64,000 nucleotides of DNA from Styela clava (Eukaryota). Every line of letters begins with the position of its first letter. The stretch's first letter is position 1. The notes beneath the pieces are model-generated. The model was given only the letters and a program-made list of their open reading frames with translations, was not told where the DNA came from and made no database searches. A program made the translations under genes and the position numbers. Of the stretch, positions 33,804 through 46,203 are shown one piece after another. The DNA lies in contig NC_135255.1 of assembly GCF_964204865.1 (NCBI RefSeq), positions 10,416,001 to 10,480,000 of the forward strand, written 5' to 3'.

Positions 33804-34988
33804 AAATTAGATAATGGACATAGTACAGAATAATTACATCCTTGAACAGAGTTTTGAGATTCATTGTATTACTATGAAAAAACAGATCTTGGGTAATTTT
33901 ACAATATATTTGAACTTTATCAGCCATGTATACAACAACAGTGGAATAACAGTAGGGGAATATCAAGCAAAAAACAACAAGTTTATATAAAAGAAAATTA
34001 CAATTGTAAATAAGATAGAATATTAATAGTAAATACACATTAAATAGTAAATACACAAATAGTAAAATTCCGCATGCCCACATAAAATGAATGAAAGCTA
34101 CATAATAGGTTGAAATAATTTACCAATTTATAGTACACTAACTGGGGTGCAGCAGCATTTTCGTATAAAATGTCGTAAGATGCCAGAGCAGTCACAGTGG
34201 CTGATTAGGGCTTCTAGTTGATTCATTATAAAGTTCTACATATCCACTAACCTTTTACAAAAATATTCAATGGATATTTGGCTGTAAAGCAAAGTTTAGA
34301 TTCAGAATAACACATGATGAAGCTGGCAATAGGACACTGAAGTGCGTAAAACTTTTCATTCCCTATTTGTAATAACCAATTAAAATCACTGTGACAAATT
34401 TCAGAAACATTAGCGATGCTTAAAAAAGCACATAAAAAAGCACCATAAAGCACACTGGTTTGACGCTCATTACAGTTAATGGTCGGACATTGTAAACTGT
34501 TATTATGAATCATGGCATGATTTCACCAGAAACTGGCATAACTCAATAGAAATAACCTACCGTAATATGAATTCTTACTTGATTTACTATTTTATCATAA
34601 TGGTTAAAATGACACAAACCAAGGCAGTACAACCACATAAGAGTATATTATATGATAATCATGTTTCCCTAAATTATTAAGTTTAATAATATTGATAAAT
34701 TTTTATGATATCTTCCATTGCAAAAAGAAATAAATATTGCAAGATATAGAAAAATAAAAACAAAAAGTGGACCACCGTTGACAATTGACAAAACATGAAT
34801 GTTTGTACAACACCAGGCTTCAATTTGACAGGAAAAATAGAAATGTTTATTCATTGGCTACTAGTAATAAAGACCATTCATGTTCATATAGAGTTTTATG
34901 GCCTAGGCTATCTATTCTTTCAGACTCAAAGCTCCCAAAGATAATCATTATGAAATAAATTCACAATTCGACCATATTCACAGTAAAT

Positions 34989-37900
34989 TCAAGGTGCCTT
35001 TTTATTAAATGTAGTGGGAAATTTTGAAGTAATTGTATTTGGAAATGAGGGACCATTGGTTGACGTTGGTGACAACGTAGGGCTTTGACCAGTTGAATCT
35101 TTATTTCTTGATGACGTCAATGTAGAAAAGGTCTTATGAAGCCAGGTGTTCTTAGATGACTGAAGATCTTTTAATGCACTAACAAGTTGGTGTTCCAGAT
35201 CCTGAACTTTACATTCGGACTCTACTTTTGAAAGTTTAGTTTGAGCTAATTCTAACTCGAGGTTTCTAATTTGTTGCTTGAAAGCTTCTTTTTCATTCTC
35301 CGCAGCCTGTAATATATCATTTTCTAGTGGTTCTGGGTTTGTAGCATTTTCTATTCTCATTGATTTTGCTTTATCCAGTTCACGTTTGTGTTGATTTTGC
35401 ATTTGTTCAATCCTTATACTAAGTTGCGAAGTAATGGTTTTATAATCATTTATGATTGTTGATTTTTTCGATATTTCAGTTTCTTGTCGTTCCATTTCAC
35501 GTCGACACAATTCTTTTGCTTGTTTCGTTTCATTTAGAAGATGTTGATTCTCATCGGTAAGTTCTTTAACTCGTTCTCTTGATTTTCTTAGTTCATCGAC
35601 AGATATTGTGAGATCATATTGCAGACTTTCAGCATGTTTCATTGTTTTCTGTAACTGTGTCTCTAGTGTGATCTTTGTTGTTATTAGCTCATCAGCTATT
35701 TCATCATTTTCACTTTCTAATCTCATATTTGCTTCCATTAATCGTCGATTGTCTCGTTCGATAATTGCATGTGCGTCACCTTGTATCAACTTTTCTTGCA
35801 TGTTTTCATACTCTTTATTGTATTTTTTGAGTTTTTTGAAATTGACTTTTATTGTGGTTGTTGTTTGAACAAGCTGGGTCGTATTTTCATCTAATCTATA
35901 TTTTTTTGGTAGTGAAACTCTGAAATATTTCAAAACGCCTTCGAAATCGTGAGTTAAAAGGTCTTGCCGACAGCATTTCAGCAAACTGAGAGCAACTTTG
36001 AAAATCACAATTTCCCCTTCACTTAGAAACAAGTCAATAATTCTATACACAGTACTCAATGGAAATTTTGCTGTGAACAAAGTCAAGAACCATTGGCTTG
36101 AATACATGTGAGCTTCAATTTGCAACTGTTTAAAATGATCATATAAATCAGGCATTAAATCTTCAATTGCTCTTTCAAGTTGATAGAATTTCACATGAAG
36201 TGTTTCAAAACCATTTTTGAATAGCTCTCTCATTTTGTAGTCATACATTATTTTACAAAGGACCCCAAATGCTTGTTCTTCAGGCATATGCAGCAATAAC
36301 GCAGCAGCCAGGAATGATAATCCTTGACAATATCCAACTTCCGTGTCATATAACGAGTATGCTTTGCTTATTTTATAGAGCGAATCCTGTCCCAAGCCAC
36401 CTGTTTCCTTGAAAAAATCATGGGCTGGGAAGGTGCGATGTATATCACGCTGAATAACAGCTTCTTGAGGCGAATCTTTTGAAATCAAAATGCGATAATT
36501 TTCTAACATAGTATCATTATCGTAGCAGCCAGCAAGAAGTTGCCAAACTTCCCCACGTAAAGCATTTGGAACTCCTTTTCTAACAAGTTGTTTTAAGCCA
36601 GTTGGTCTCTGCTTGAAATCCGCTCTCCATCGCTGTAGCACATCTCCCCAATCAGTTAATACATGCTCTGAGTAATCAGGCACAACCTCTCCTGATCCAC
36701 TTAAAAGAGGTTCATCTGTGTCATCATCATCTTCTTCATCTCGGTGTGACGTTGAGCTAAGTGTTGGACTTCCAACATCAATATGACCCATTGAATAGCC
36801 TGGGGTTCCTGGTGTAGTCCCTTGTGCAAGACGTTGTAATCTTTTTGTCTTGGTCTCAAGACTTACAATCCCATATAATTGCTTTGACAATCTTTTATCT
36901 TGCACTTCTTTCAAACGCAAATAAAATGTTTCTTGTAAAACTTTTTTGCCATAATACCAAAATTTGTCATTTTGTGGAAAGACACGAGCCTTAGTTTCTA
37001 ATAAAAATCGCAATGGCTCTTGAATTTCCTGCACAACTAAGTCCACAGCAACACTAATGAAAACTCTGGTGCCTTTCTGAGTCTCCTCATTTAAAAGAGA
37101 AAAATGTGAATGGGTCGGATCCCAAGATCCGCTGATAATATGAGAAGCGATAACTGCTCCACTTTCTGAATTTCCAGATCCAGTTTTCATTGATTCCATA
37201 TCAAGTAAATGCATATCACTGTGACGAACATTTCGACCTGGTGCGATCAACAACCCGAAACATCGTTCAATGGTTAGTTCAACATTTGATGTTTGAGTTA
37301 CAGACATTACAACGAGTTTATCAACATTTTTTCGAAGTTTAAAACATGACGAAGCTTTATCCCAAGGAACATTGGCATAACCTCCTTTTAAATCATTTTC
37401 TCGAATTTCTAATGTAACATTAAAACAAAACACAGAATCATCAAAATCCATGGATGGATCATCAACACTGGACATAGAATGGGACTGAGGAAACACTTCC
37501 GATGGTTTCTTACTGTCCAAAGACTCGGTTGAATTTTTAGGAATGCTACGAAATGCAAGCTCAAAACTATACAGAACTTTTTTCACTGCATCAGGCAATT
37601 CACATCGAAATACGTGACATTGAAATATTCCCGATTTTTTGTGAGCTTCTGTGAAAGCAAAACAGTCTCTTTCTGGCTCTGAATCCAGACCACGAACACA
37701 AAATAATATTTTATAAATCTCAAAATGGGCAATTTCTCCAGAGCCAGTGGGATCCAAAAGTCTCACAATACCATTAGCAACATTAGGAACAGATAAAACA
37801 ACATCAATAAGCTTACTTGGTGATTTGTCGCCATGACCAGTCTCATTTTCTGGTGACATCTGCTGATTTCGTAAAATTTTGATTGTACGCAAGGCTTCAG

Positions 37901-38189
37901 CTTCACTGCGCGGAGCATTGACTGAAGCGCATCCCAGATAATTAATTCCATGAAACAGTATACAATCTTCATCGAGGTAGGACTCTTTTTCAGAACGCTC
38001 TTGCTCTTGTTCAATCTCATGGGTATCAGTATGCCTGTGTGAATTTTCGGGGGTGTCTTCCTTTGATAATGGCTGATCTTCCTGATTTATTTCCGTTCTT
38101 AAAAGCAAATTTTTCGGCCGAACTTGACCTTTATCTTGATCCTGTTGTTCTTCCAAAACATCGTTAGATGTATCAGTAGCGTTTTCCAT
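34989..38189 (-). CDS. RABGAP1: Rab GTPase-activating protein 1 (PTB + DUF3694-like + TBC + coiled coil), 1066 aa, intronless
   Basis: PTB (YLGCASVNAPRSEAEALR...FQCHVFRC), AVDLV...EPLRF, EPLLSGSGEV, TBC arginine finger IQRDIHRT and glutamine finger YCQG, ELELAQTKL coiled coil. Confidence 0.95.
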   Translation of the reverse strand: MENATDTSNDVLEEQQDQDKGQVRPKNLLLRTEINQEDQPLSKEDTPENSHRHTDTHEIEQEQERSEKESYLDEDCILFHGINYLGCASVNAPRSEAEALRTIKILRNQQMSPENETGHGDKSPSKLIDVVLSVPNVANGIVRLLDPTGSGEIAHFEIYKILFCVRGLDSEPERDCFAFTEAHKKSGIFQCHVFRCELPDAVKKVLYSFELAFRSIPKNSTESLDSKKPSEVFPQSHSMSSVDDPSMDFDDSVFCFNVTLEIRENDLKGGYANVPWDKASSCFKLRKNVDKLVVMSVTQTSNVELTIERCFGLLIAPGRNVRHSDMHLLDMESMKTGSGNSESGAVIASHIISGSWDPTHSHFSLLNEETQKGTRVFISVAVDLVVQEIQEPLRFLLETKARVFPQNDKFWYYGKKVLQETFYLRLKEVQDKRLSKQLYGIVSLETKTKRLQRLAQGTTPGTPGYSMGHIDVGSPTLSSTSHRDEEDDDDTDEPLLSGSGEVVPDYSEHVLTDWGDVLQRWRADFKQRPTGLKQLVRKGVPNALRGEVWQLLAGCYDNDTMLENYRILISKDSPQEAVIQRDIHRTFPAHDFFKETGGLGQDSLYKISKAYSLYDTEVGYCQGLSFLAAALLLHMPEEQAFGVLCKIMYDYKMRELFKNGFETLHVKFYQLERAIEDLMPDLYDHFKQLQIEAHMYSSQWFLTLFTAKFPLSTVYRIIDLFLSEGEIVIFKVALSLLKCCRQDLLTHDFEGVLKYFRVSLPKKYRLDENTTQLVQTTTTIKVNFKKLKKYNKEYENMQEKLIQGDAHAIIERDNRRLMEANMRLESENDEIADELITTKITLETQLQKTMKHAESLQYDLTISVDELRKSRERVKELTDENQHLLNETKQAKELCRREMERQETEISKKSTIINDYKTITSQLSIRIEQMQNQHKRELDKAKSMRIENATNPEPLENDILQAAENEKEAFKQQIRNLELELAQTKLSKVESECKVQDLEHQLVSALKDLQSSKNTWLHKTFSTLTSSRNKDSTGQSPTLSPTSTNGPSFPNTITSKFPTTFNKKAP

Positions 38190-38914
38190 AACGATTCCTT
38201 TTTAATATCATGTCAAACTACCGGTAACGTTGGGCGACAAAGGCAGCGAAAACGGAACGACGAGATCGCAATTCGCAATCACTGAGGTAACTTGTAGAAT
38301 CACATCGCAGAATATCGATTTCTGGTGGTGGGAGTCTAGTTTAGGTTTAAATTTAGTCAGGTATAAGATTTTTAGATAAATATCTGTGACAATCGGTCGA
38401 TTATGCTTTTTGTTTTATATCAACGCGTAGCCTACAAGATAAATTATAGTTATGATTTTCAATATTTTTTATCAGATAATTACATGACCAAAGCATAGAA
38501 CCTTGGGTGTCGCTGCTAGATAACCAGCTTTGGTTCCCCGCGCTTCCCTTCTCCATTAAAATTTGAATTTAACATTATTTCTTTGAACTTTGCATGTTAT
38601 TTTCTTACTGGATAGAAAAAATAAACTTGACTATGAACACCTACACTAAAATGCATTGAACATAACTGTTTTTAAATAAAGAATGTTTCTTTCTCCTTGT
38701 CTCCGTAAAAATTAGGAAGGAACTAATTAGGAATAGCCCACCCAGGCCATGTGAGTATATGTTGAATCTTTTTTGATGTTTTGATTGCCATTTGCCAGTT
38801 TTGAGATAAATTTCATAAATTAAATAAATACCGTAATGATTAGCTTGCCTTCGAACGAGTTTCTGATTGGTAACGTCAATTAAAAAACGAGTTAGAAAGG
38901 ACCTGTGACCAGAC

Positions 38915-39538
38915 AGAGAGAGAGAGAGAGAATTTTTATTGTTTCGTCAAACCAGAAAACACATACAATATATATGTATATTGGGTGGTAACGATATGGG
39001 TGGGTGGTAACGATACGACCAGTAACAGTCATCTGAGTCGGTTACCAACCAAAGCAAGCACACGAATAAATAAATTAATAACACAGGTTCTGTAATATTA
39101 CACTCTCAGGATATACATATGGAAAAAAAAAACTATATATACTATGTAAAAAAAATGATATCTGATTAGAGATGAGAAAAATTTCTAATCGGGATTAGAA
39201 AGTTATTCAAATAAATTTTAAATAGAGAAGAGCAAAAAATAAGAATTCCATACCAAATTTAATATTATTTATTATATTAATTTACACTTTCAATCTGTTC
39301 CGAATCTTCTTTTGGTAAAACACATGGTAAAATATAAGGAATAAGATCACAGGGAAATTGAAAGTTCTATGAGTGACAATAATGTGTTGTGTGAAGAAAA
39401 CCATAGATTGAGATATGAATTATAGGCATAATAGTAATACAACTTTATATTTTCAATTCATTAGGGCGAAGCAAAAAACCAGGATGCATATGGAACTTCT
39501 GCGAGATTAACACATTACTACGCAGAACAGGTATTAAG
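38915..39538 (-). mobile_element. Probable 3' remnant of a non-LTR element that received the Gypsy insertion (continues at ~44266-44470)
   Basis: (GA)n + TTTATT tail and a small hairpin (GTAAC...GTTAC); no intact ORF. Confidence 0.3.
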
Positions 39539-39543
39539 ATGGG

Positions 39544-42500
39544 TGTAGTGTTCATGGTCCGATGGTCATGAATTGCATGATTGATTTAGTCCTGCGCGAT
39601 ATAAATGCGCAAGGATACATGCCAAGGGGAGCAGAAGGACATTGACGGCGTGGCTGGTGCTGGTTCTATTGTATGGTGTTATTCGCTGTTTATTAAGTTG
39701 TATCAGTTACTTTTGTGCATACTGAATTGTAGCAGTAAAAGCCTCTTATTGTGTGTGCAAATATCGTGTGTTGCCTTGGGGAAAGCTTAGCAAGATAGAT
39801 AACATTGAAGATAGAGGCGGGACACTACAACTGGCGACGAGGATATTGGAAGATATCGAATTACAATTGGCGAAGACCTGCTGGACTTGGACGATAAAGG
39901 AAATCGTTGGTAACTTTTTTGATTGAAACAGATCTATTCTATATAGCAGGAATATAGCCATCCAAGATCATGCAGAATAACATTGGAACGATGCAACCAC
40001 TTGATTCCGATGGAGACCCGCACGGTATTTCCCAACGGTGGCAACGTTGGAGACGTTCATTTAAATTATATTTGACGGCCAAGGGAACGACGGAAGATAG
40101 CTCCAAGAAAGCTTTGCTTTTGTTCACCGCTGGTGTAAAGGTACAAGATATTTTTTATACTTTAGCGGGACTCGATGAAGAGAAAACATTTACCGAAACT
40201 TTAAATTTACTTGATGAATATTTTACTCCGAAATCCAATATTCCTTTTGAAAGACATTTATTCAGGCAAATTAAACAGGCCAGTGATGAAACGGTCGATC
40301 AGTTTGTTTGTAGGTTACGTCAAAGAGCAACAACATGTGGCTTCGATGATAAAGAAGATGATCACATACGGGACCAAGTGATTGATAATTGTCGGTCCAA
40401 TTCCATGCGACGAAGATTTCTCGAAAAGGAAAATCTCGAATTAAGTGATTTGCTAAAAATTGCAAGGGCAATGGAAGCTGTTGATCATCAGGCAAAAGCA
40501 ATTGAAGCTGACGCAGAATCGCACCAGGTGAATTTAGTAAATAATCCAAGCCGTTATACATCTGTTACAGGAAAGGAAAGTGAAAGAGACTCTTGTGGCC
40601 GAATCGGACATTTTTCCAGAGATAAGATGTGCCCAGCAAGAGGTAAACGATGCTAAAAATGCGGAAGAATGGGACATTTCAAAGTTCGATGTGGTAAATT
40701 TCGAGGTAAACCTGCACGGCAACAAGGACATAATGAGCGATGCCGAAACCAACCGAGAATAAATAAAAACGGTAAGCGGTTGAATGATACGAATTGTGTT
40801 GATTGTTCGAATGACGAAAATAGTGAGTTTACATTCACCGTGAGAGATCACAATTCCTACCATGATGGAATAATTACTTTAAATGTGGGAGGAGTTAATT
40901 TGTCGAATGTAATAATTGATTCGGGTGCTTGCCGAAATTTCATGGGAAGCAATACTTGGGAATGGCTGAAGAGTGAGAGAATTGTGTGTAATTCGAGAAA
41001 ATGCTCGATACCATCACTCTACGCTTATGGAAGTACTAAACCACTTCAGGTTTTAGGTACGTTTACTGCTAATGTTTTCGTTTTGAATAATGAAAGTAAA
41101 TGTCGGACTGATTTTGTTGTTGTCAAAGGTAATTGTCAAACTTTGTTAGGAAAAGAAGCTGCAACAAAACTTAATGTATTAAGAGTGGGGCCCGTGAATG
41201 CAGTGAGTTCCAAAACTATTGATACTTCAAATTCTGATATATTTTCCAAGTATGGAAAATTGTTTGAAGGAATTGGCCTTTTAAAAGATTACAAATTGAC
41301 TTTGAATATTGACAAAACTGTTAAACCAATTGCTCAACCTCTGCGCCGTATACCATATGCGTTGCGAGACAAAGTAGATGCAAAAATAGATGAAATGCTG
41401 AAAGCAGACATAATCGAAAAAGCGCCTGAAGGTCCAAGTACCCGGATTTCGCCTTTAACTGTAGATCATAAAAAGGATGGAGATATTAGAATTTGTGTTG
41501 ACATGCGCCGAGCTAACCAAGCCATACTCCGTGAAAGGCAACCTATACCGACTGTTGAAGACTTACTCCACGACTTGAGCGGACGTGCCGTATTTTCGAA
41601 GTTAGATCTGAAATGGGGGTTTCATCAAATATTGCTTGATGAGAAATGCCGATATATCACAACGTTCGTAACTAATAATGGAATTTTTAGATACAAAAGA
41701 CTAATGTTTGGTTTATCATCTGCACCAGAAAAGTATCAGCAAATAATCAGAGACGTTGTGAGGAACTGTCGGGGTGTCGCAAACATAGCGGACGATATCA
41801 TTATCCATGGGCGGAATGTGAAGGAACATGATGAAAGATTATTTGATGTTCTTGATAAGTTGGACAAAGCCGGTCTAACGCTGAATGGTATGAAATGTCA
41901 ATTTCGACTTCCTGTGATCAAGTTATTTGGTCATAAGCTCACAAGTCAAGGTATTGATCCTTGTGAGGAAAAGGTGGCGGCAGTAAGAAATGCACGACGA
42001 CCAAAAGATACCAGAGAAGTGAAATCTTTTATGGGTCTTGTTCAATATTGTGCAAAGTTTATACCAAACCTTTCTTCGATTGCAGCGCCTTTACGTGCAT
42101 TGACTCAGAAAAATTCTAAATTTGATTGGGATAAGCAATGTTAAAATTCATTCGAAAGATTGAAACGTTCATTAACTAATGCAAACACATTAGCTTATTT
42201 CAGATCTGACTGCAGGACAAGAATAATTGCAGATGCTTCACCGACAGGACTAGGATCCGCTTTAACCCAATTGCAAGACGGAATTTGGAGAGTAATTTCG
42301 TATGCTTCGAGGACAATGTCAGACGTAGAAAGACGATATAGCCAGACGGAAAAAGAAGCATTAGCTCTAGTGTGGGCATGTGAGAGATTTAACTTGTATA
42401 TTTTTGGCAGGAAATTTGAACTTGAAACCGATCACAAACCTTTGGAATGCATATACTCTAAAACTTCAAAGCCCTCAGCAAGGATTGAACGATGGGTATT

Positions 42501-44260
42501 GCGATTGCAAGCGTATGACTTCAAGGTAATATACCGACCGGGTAAGAATAATATTGCTGATGTATTATCTCGTCTTAATGCGCCTGACCAGCGTGATACA
42601 ACAGCGGAATATGATTTCTTCAAACGAATGGTTGTACAAAGTAGTTGCCCGATTGCTTTGACGCCACATGAAATTGAGCAGGCATCTGCTAAAGACCCTG
42701 AATTGCAAATTGTGAGAGATTGCATTAAATCACAGAATTGGTCAAAGTGTGGTAATTCATTTTTGCATGTGAAGAATGAACTTTGTATTTATGGTCAATT
42801 AATTTTACGTGGTACGAGAATTGTAATTCCACAGATACTCAGAAAACGTGTTCTAGAGCTTGCACATGAAGGACACCAAGGAATTGTGAAGACGAAAAAT
42901 CGACTTCGAAGTAAAGTGTGGTGGCCAAACATTGATCGTGATGCTGAACGAAAATGTAAAGTATGTCATGGATGTCAGGTAACAAGTTCGTATAGTCCGC
43001 CCGAACCAATGACGCGAACACGACCACCCAGTGGACCTTGGATAGATTGTTGTGCCGATGTTTTAGGACCTTTGCCTTCTGGTGATAACATACTGGTAAT
43101 TGTAGATTACTACAGTCGTTTTTATGAAATTGTAATTGTGCGGTCGACAACAAGTAAGAAAATAATTGAAGCGTTGAGCACCATATTTTCACGTTACGGA
43201 ATTCCACTTACGTTAAGAACTGACAATGCACCACAGCTTGTATCTAATGAATTCAAATCATTTTTAGACGAACATGGAGTTCAACATAAATCTACTACTC
43301 CATTGTGGCCACAAGCGAACGGCGAGGTGGAGAGACAAAACCGAAGTTTAATGAAAGCCATACGAATAGCCCAAGTAGAAGGTAAAGATTGGAAATCGGA
43401 ATTAAACAAATTTCTGCTTGCATACAGGTCTACACCGCATACAACGACAGGAGTATCGCCATATTATTTGATGTTTGGTCGAAAGATGAGAACAAAGCTT
43501 CCAGAAATCAGACCAAAATACAACATAATCGGCGAAGAACACAGAGACAGAGACTGGAGAAACAAGCTACAAGGGAAATTTTACTCAGATTACAACAGAA
43601 GATCAATTTTACAAGATGTTGAGGTCGGAGATTCGGTGCTCGTTAAGCAAGAGAAAGTTGACAAGATGTCGACAAACTTCAATAAATATCCGTGTGAAAT
43701 TGTCAAGAAGGAAGGAGGGGAAGTCACAGTCAGAGATGAAAAGGGAAAAGAATTTCGTCGCAATTCAACATTTGTAAAGAAATACGAAGAAGACACCCAA
43801 AATAAAATTGACAATAATGCCAAAGAGTCGCGAATTGCTCCAGACGCGACCAGGCCAAGTTTGGAGGAACCAATTACTCAGCCTTATGAGCGTCCAAGGC
43901 GAACGAAAACTGCCTTCCAGATTTAAAGACTTTGTAATGAAATAAGTCTACCATCTACTCGTAACAAAAGGAGGGATGTAGTGTTCATGGTCCGATGGTC
44001 ATGAATTGCATGATTGATTTAGTCCTGCGATATAAATGCGCAAGGATACATGCCAAGGGGAGCAGAAGGACATTGACGGCGTGGCTGGTGCTGGTTCTAT
44101 TGTATGGTGTTATTCGCTGTTTATTAAGTTGTATCAGTTACTTTTGTGCATACTGAATTGTAGCAGTAAAAGCCTCTTATTGTGTGTGCAAATATCGTGT
44201 GTTGCCTTGGGGAAAGCTTAGCAAGATAGATAACATTGAAGATAGAGGCGGGACACTACA
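39544..44260 (+). mobile_element. Full-length Ty3/Gypsy (Mag-like) LTR retrotransposon
   Basis: LTRs 39544-39829 and 43977-44260 (TGTAGTGT...ACACTACA), identical except for a 2-bp indel; 5-bp TSD ATGGG; PBS TGGCGACGAGGAT (39832-39844, complementary to the tRNA-Ser 3' end); PPT AAAAGGAGGGA 43966-43976. Confidence 0.97.
39970..43926 (+). pseudogene. gag-pol polyprotein in one frame with two in-frame TAA stops
   Basis: The three ORFs share a frame. Gag with CCHC knuckles, protease IIDSGA, RT IADD, RNase H ADAS...SQTEKEALA, integrase HHCC + DDE. Stops at 40654-40656 and 42142-42144. Confidence 0.92.
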
Positions 44261-44544
44261 ATGGGAAATAATCAGATTGGCATTGCAACCCTTCACAAAT
44301 AATTTAGAAATAGACAAATATGACTGAGTTGAAGGAGATATGTGATATTAAATAAATTTTGACAAGGCTGGGTCAAATTAAATCACGATAGCCCAAAATA
44401 TATTTCGTCTTGTAGTAATTTATTGCTTACACGAGGTTTAAACTATTAGAGATTCTGAACAATCAGCAAATTTGTCTATATCACTATTGCACATTAATTA
44501 ATTTGCAGTACATTAAGTACGTACATTAATTGATTTGCAGTACG

Positions 44545-44885
44545 TTTGCGCGGAAGTCAAACAAAATTTGTATTTTTAAAAACTATACCCACCAGTTTAC
44601 ATGCTCTAACTCTCTGAAACACTTCGAAATTTTTGTGAAAATATTTAAAGGAAGAATTCTTGAAGGGTCAAGGGTCGGGGAAACGTTCATCGCCAAGCAT
44701 GCATGAGTTGTTATGACGTCATGTCTCAACAAAAATCTACGTATTCGGAATTCGGATTCGCTGTGGGTAGCCGAAGTTCTCAAGTCGGCGAGCTGTCAAA
44801 TGAGTTATTTTTTTTTTCATTGTATTTCTATTGCAACGTGTACGGTATTAGTTGTGGTTTGCATTTCCGCTGCTGTAGGTACGTG
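44545..44885 (+). promoter_or_regulatory. Candidate CpG-rich promoter / non-coding first exon of ZIP11
   Basis: GCGGAAGT (ETS-like), palindromic ATGACGTCAT (CRE/ATF) and CpG-rich sequence upstream of the CpG-poor gene body. Confidence 0.35.
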
Positions 44886-45159
44886 TCGGTTTCGTCGAGT
44901 TACACAACACGTTTTCCGGCGATTGGTTGGCAGAACTTCACATTATAACTGCCTGGTATACGGTACAGTCAGAGAAGTACCGGTACCGGTACGGTATACA
45001 AGCTTGTGTTGTTGTGTACCGGTACGACATGTTACCGCTGCATTACGGTACTGGTATTACAGTATTAGGATACGGTATTCAGCCTATGTCATAAAGCCAA
45101 GTGTTCTATATTATTTCCCAAAAGTTTTTGCAATTAGGCTCAATGCTGCAATGCAGGGA

Positions 45160-46010
45160 TAAGATAGATAGATAGTTTATTTCGAAAACTCCATAACAAA
45201 CCTAAATTTAAAATGGAGAATTCTGGAGGGCAAGCAAAACCTACAAGAAAGTTTAAAACATGAGGTATCTCATGTGCCTGCCCACCAGCACGCACACAAA
45301 AACACAAGCCCAATTAAATGAGGCTTGGGCCAAACTTAAAAAACAAAATACACGATAGTAATAAACTTTCGGGCTGTTGTACTCTCTTTCAACAATTACG
45401 TTGATAATGACCAATACCTACAACCTCATGCAAAGATAATGTGGGGAGTGGAATGTAATAAATTTGCGACGATAGTCATACTCATGAAGCCAGGAAAGCT
45501 TTAAGAAAAACCAAGCCATGAAAAACTACACTGATTGCTAGATTGGGCATTGCGGAAAAGGTGATAAGTGGTTTAATATACAAACAAACGCAAAACCATG
45601 GCGGCAAATTCGGTGTGCGGACACTCGTAAAAGCAATTATTAGGAAAAACACTAATCACACGTGAGCAGGTATGTAGCCTAATTGATACATTGACGTGGC
45701 CAACATTGTTAAAACAGTACCGGTATACACACAGAGAGAACAAATCAAAAATATGCCACTAAATGAATGTTTAAAAATGTTACACTGTAAGTTACACTGC
45801 AAACTATTTACACATATATAGTTGAATACTCAGTATTTCATCTTTCGATTCTGTTATGATGTCCGTATGTTGCCTTTATGCTGCCATGTAATTTCATATT
45901 TCGGCCTTTACTTGTTGATATTCCTTAAGTGCTGGTTCATTGTTGTCAATCTAATCTTTCTGCGCCGTTCAAAAATGCGACCGCAGCCGACGACTGCCAA
46001 ACACAAACTT
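45160..46010 (-). mobile_element. Degenerate 3' fragment of an L2/CR1-like LINE
   Basis: (GATA)n + TTTATT tail, terminal hairpins, minus-strand peptide remnants FGSRRL and LKLSWL...RR...PHYL typical of the post-RT region. Confidence 0.45.
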
Positions 46011-46203
46011 TAAATCCAATCTTTTATCCATAAACTTCTTTAATTCCGGTGGATGGGCCTTGATCATGTTGATATCACGAGATACAAATCTAATAGTCTA
46101 ATAGTAATAAATATGTAAATCCTATCCTACATCCAGACATCACAGCGCTAACTTACATCTGGACACTTTTTACCAGTGAGCTTATATTTAGCATAGTCAA
46201 ACA

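Noticed and set aside
40654-40656. Programmed gag-pol stop-codon readthrough
   Set aside because: The TAA falls within a CCHC knuckle and a second TAA interrupts pol; nonsense mutations are more parsimonious.
39605-44221. Identical 61-aa ORFs at 39605 and 44036
   Set aside because: They are simply the two LTR copies.
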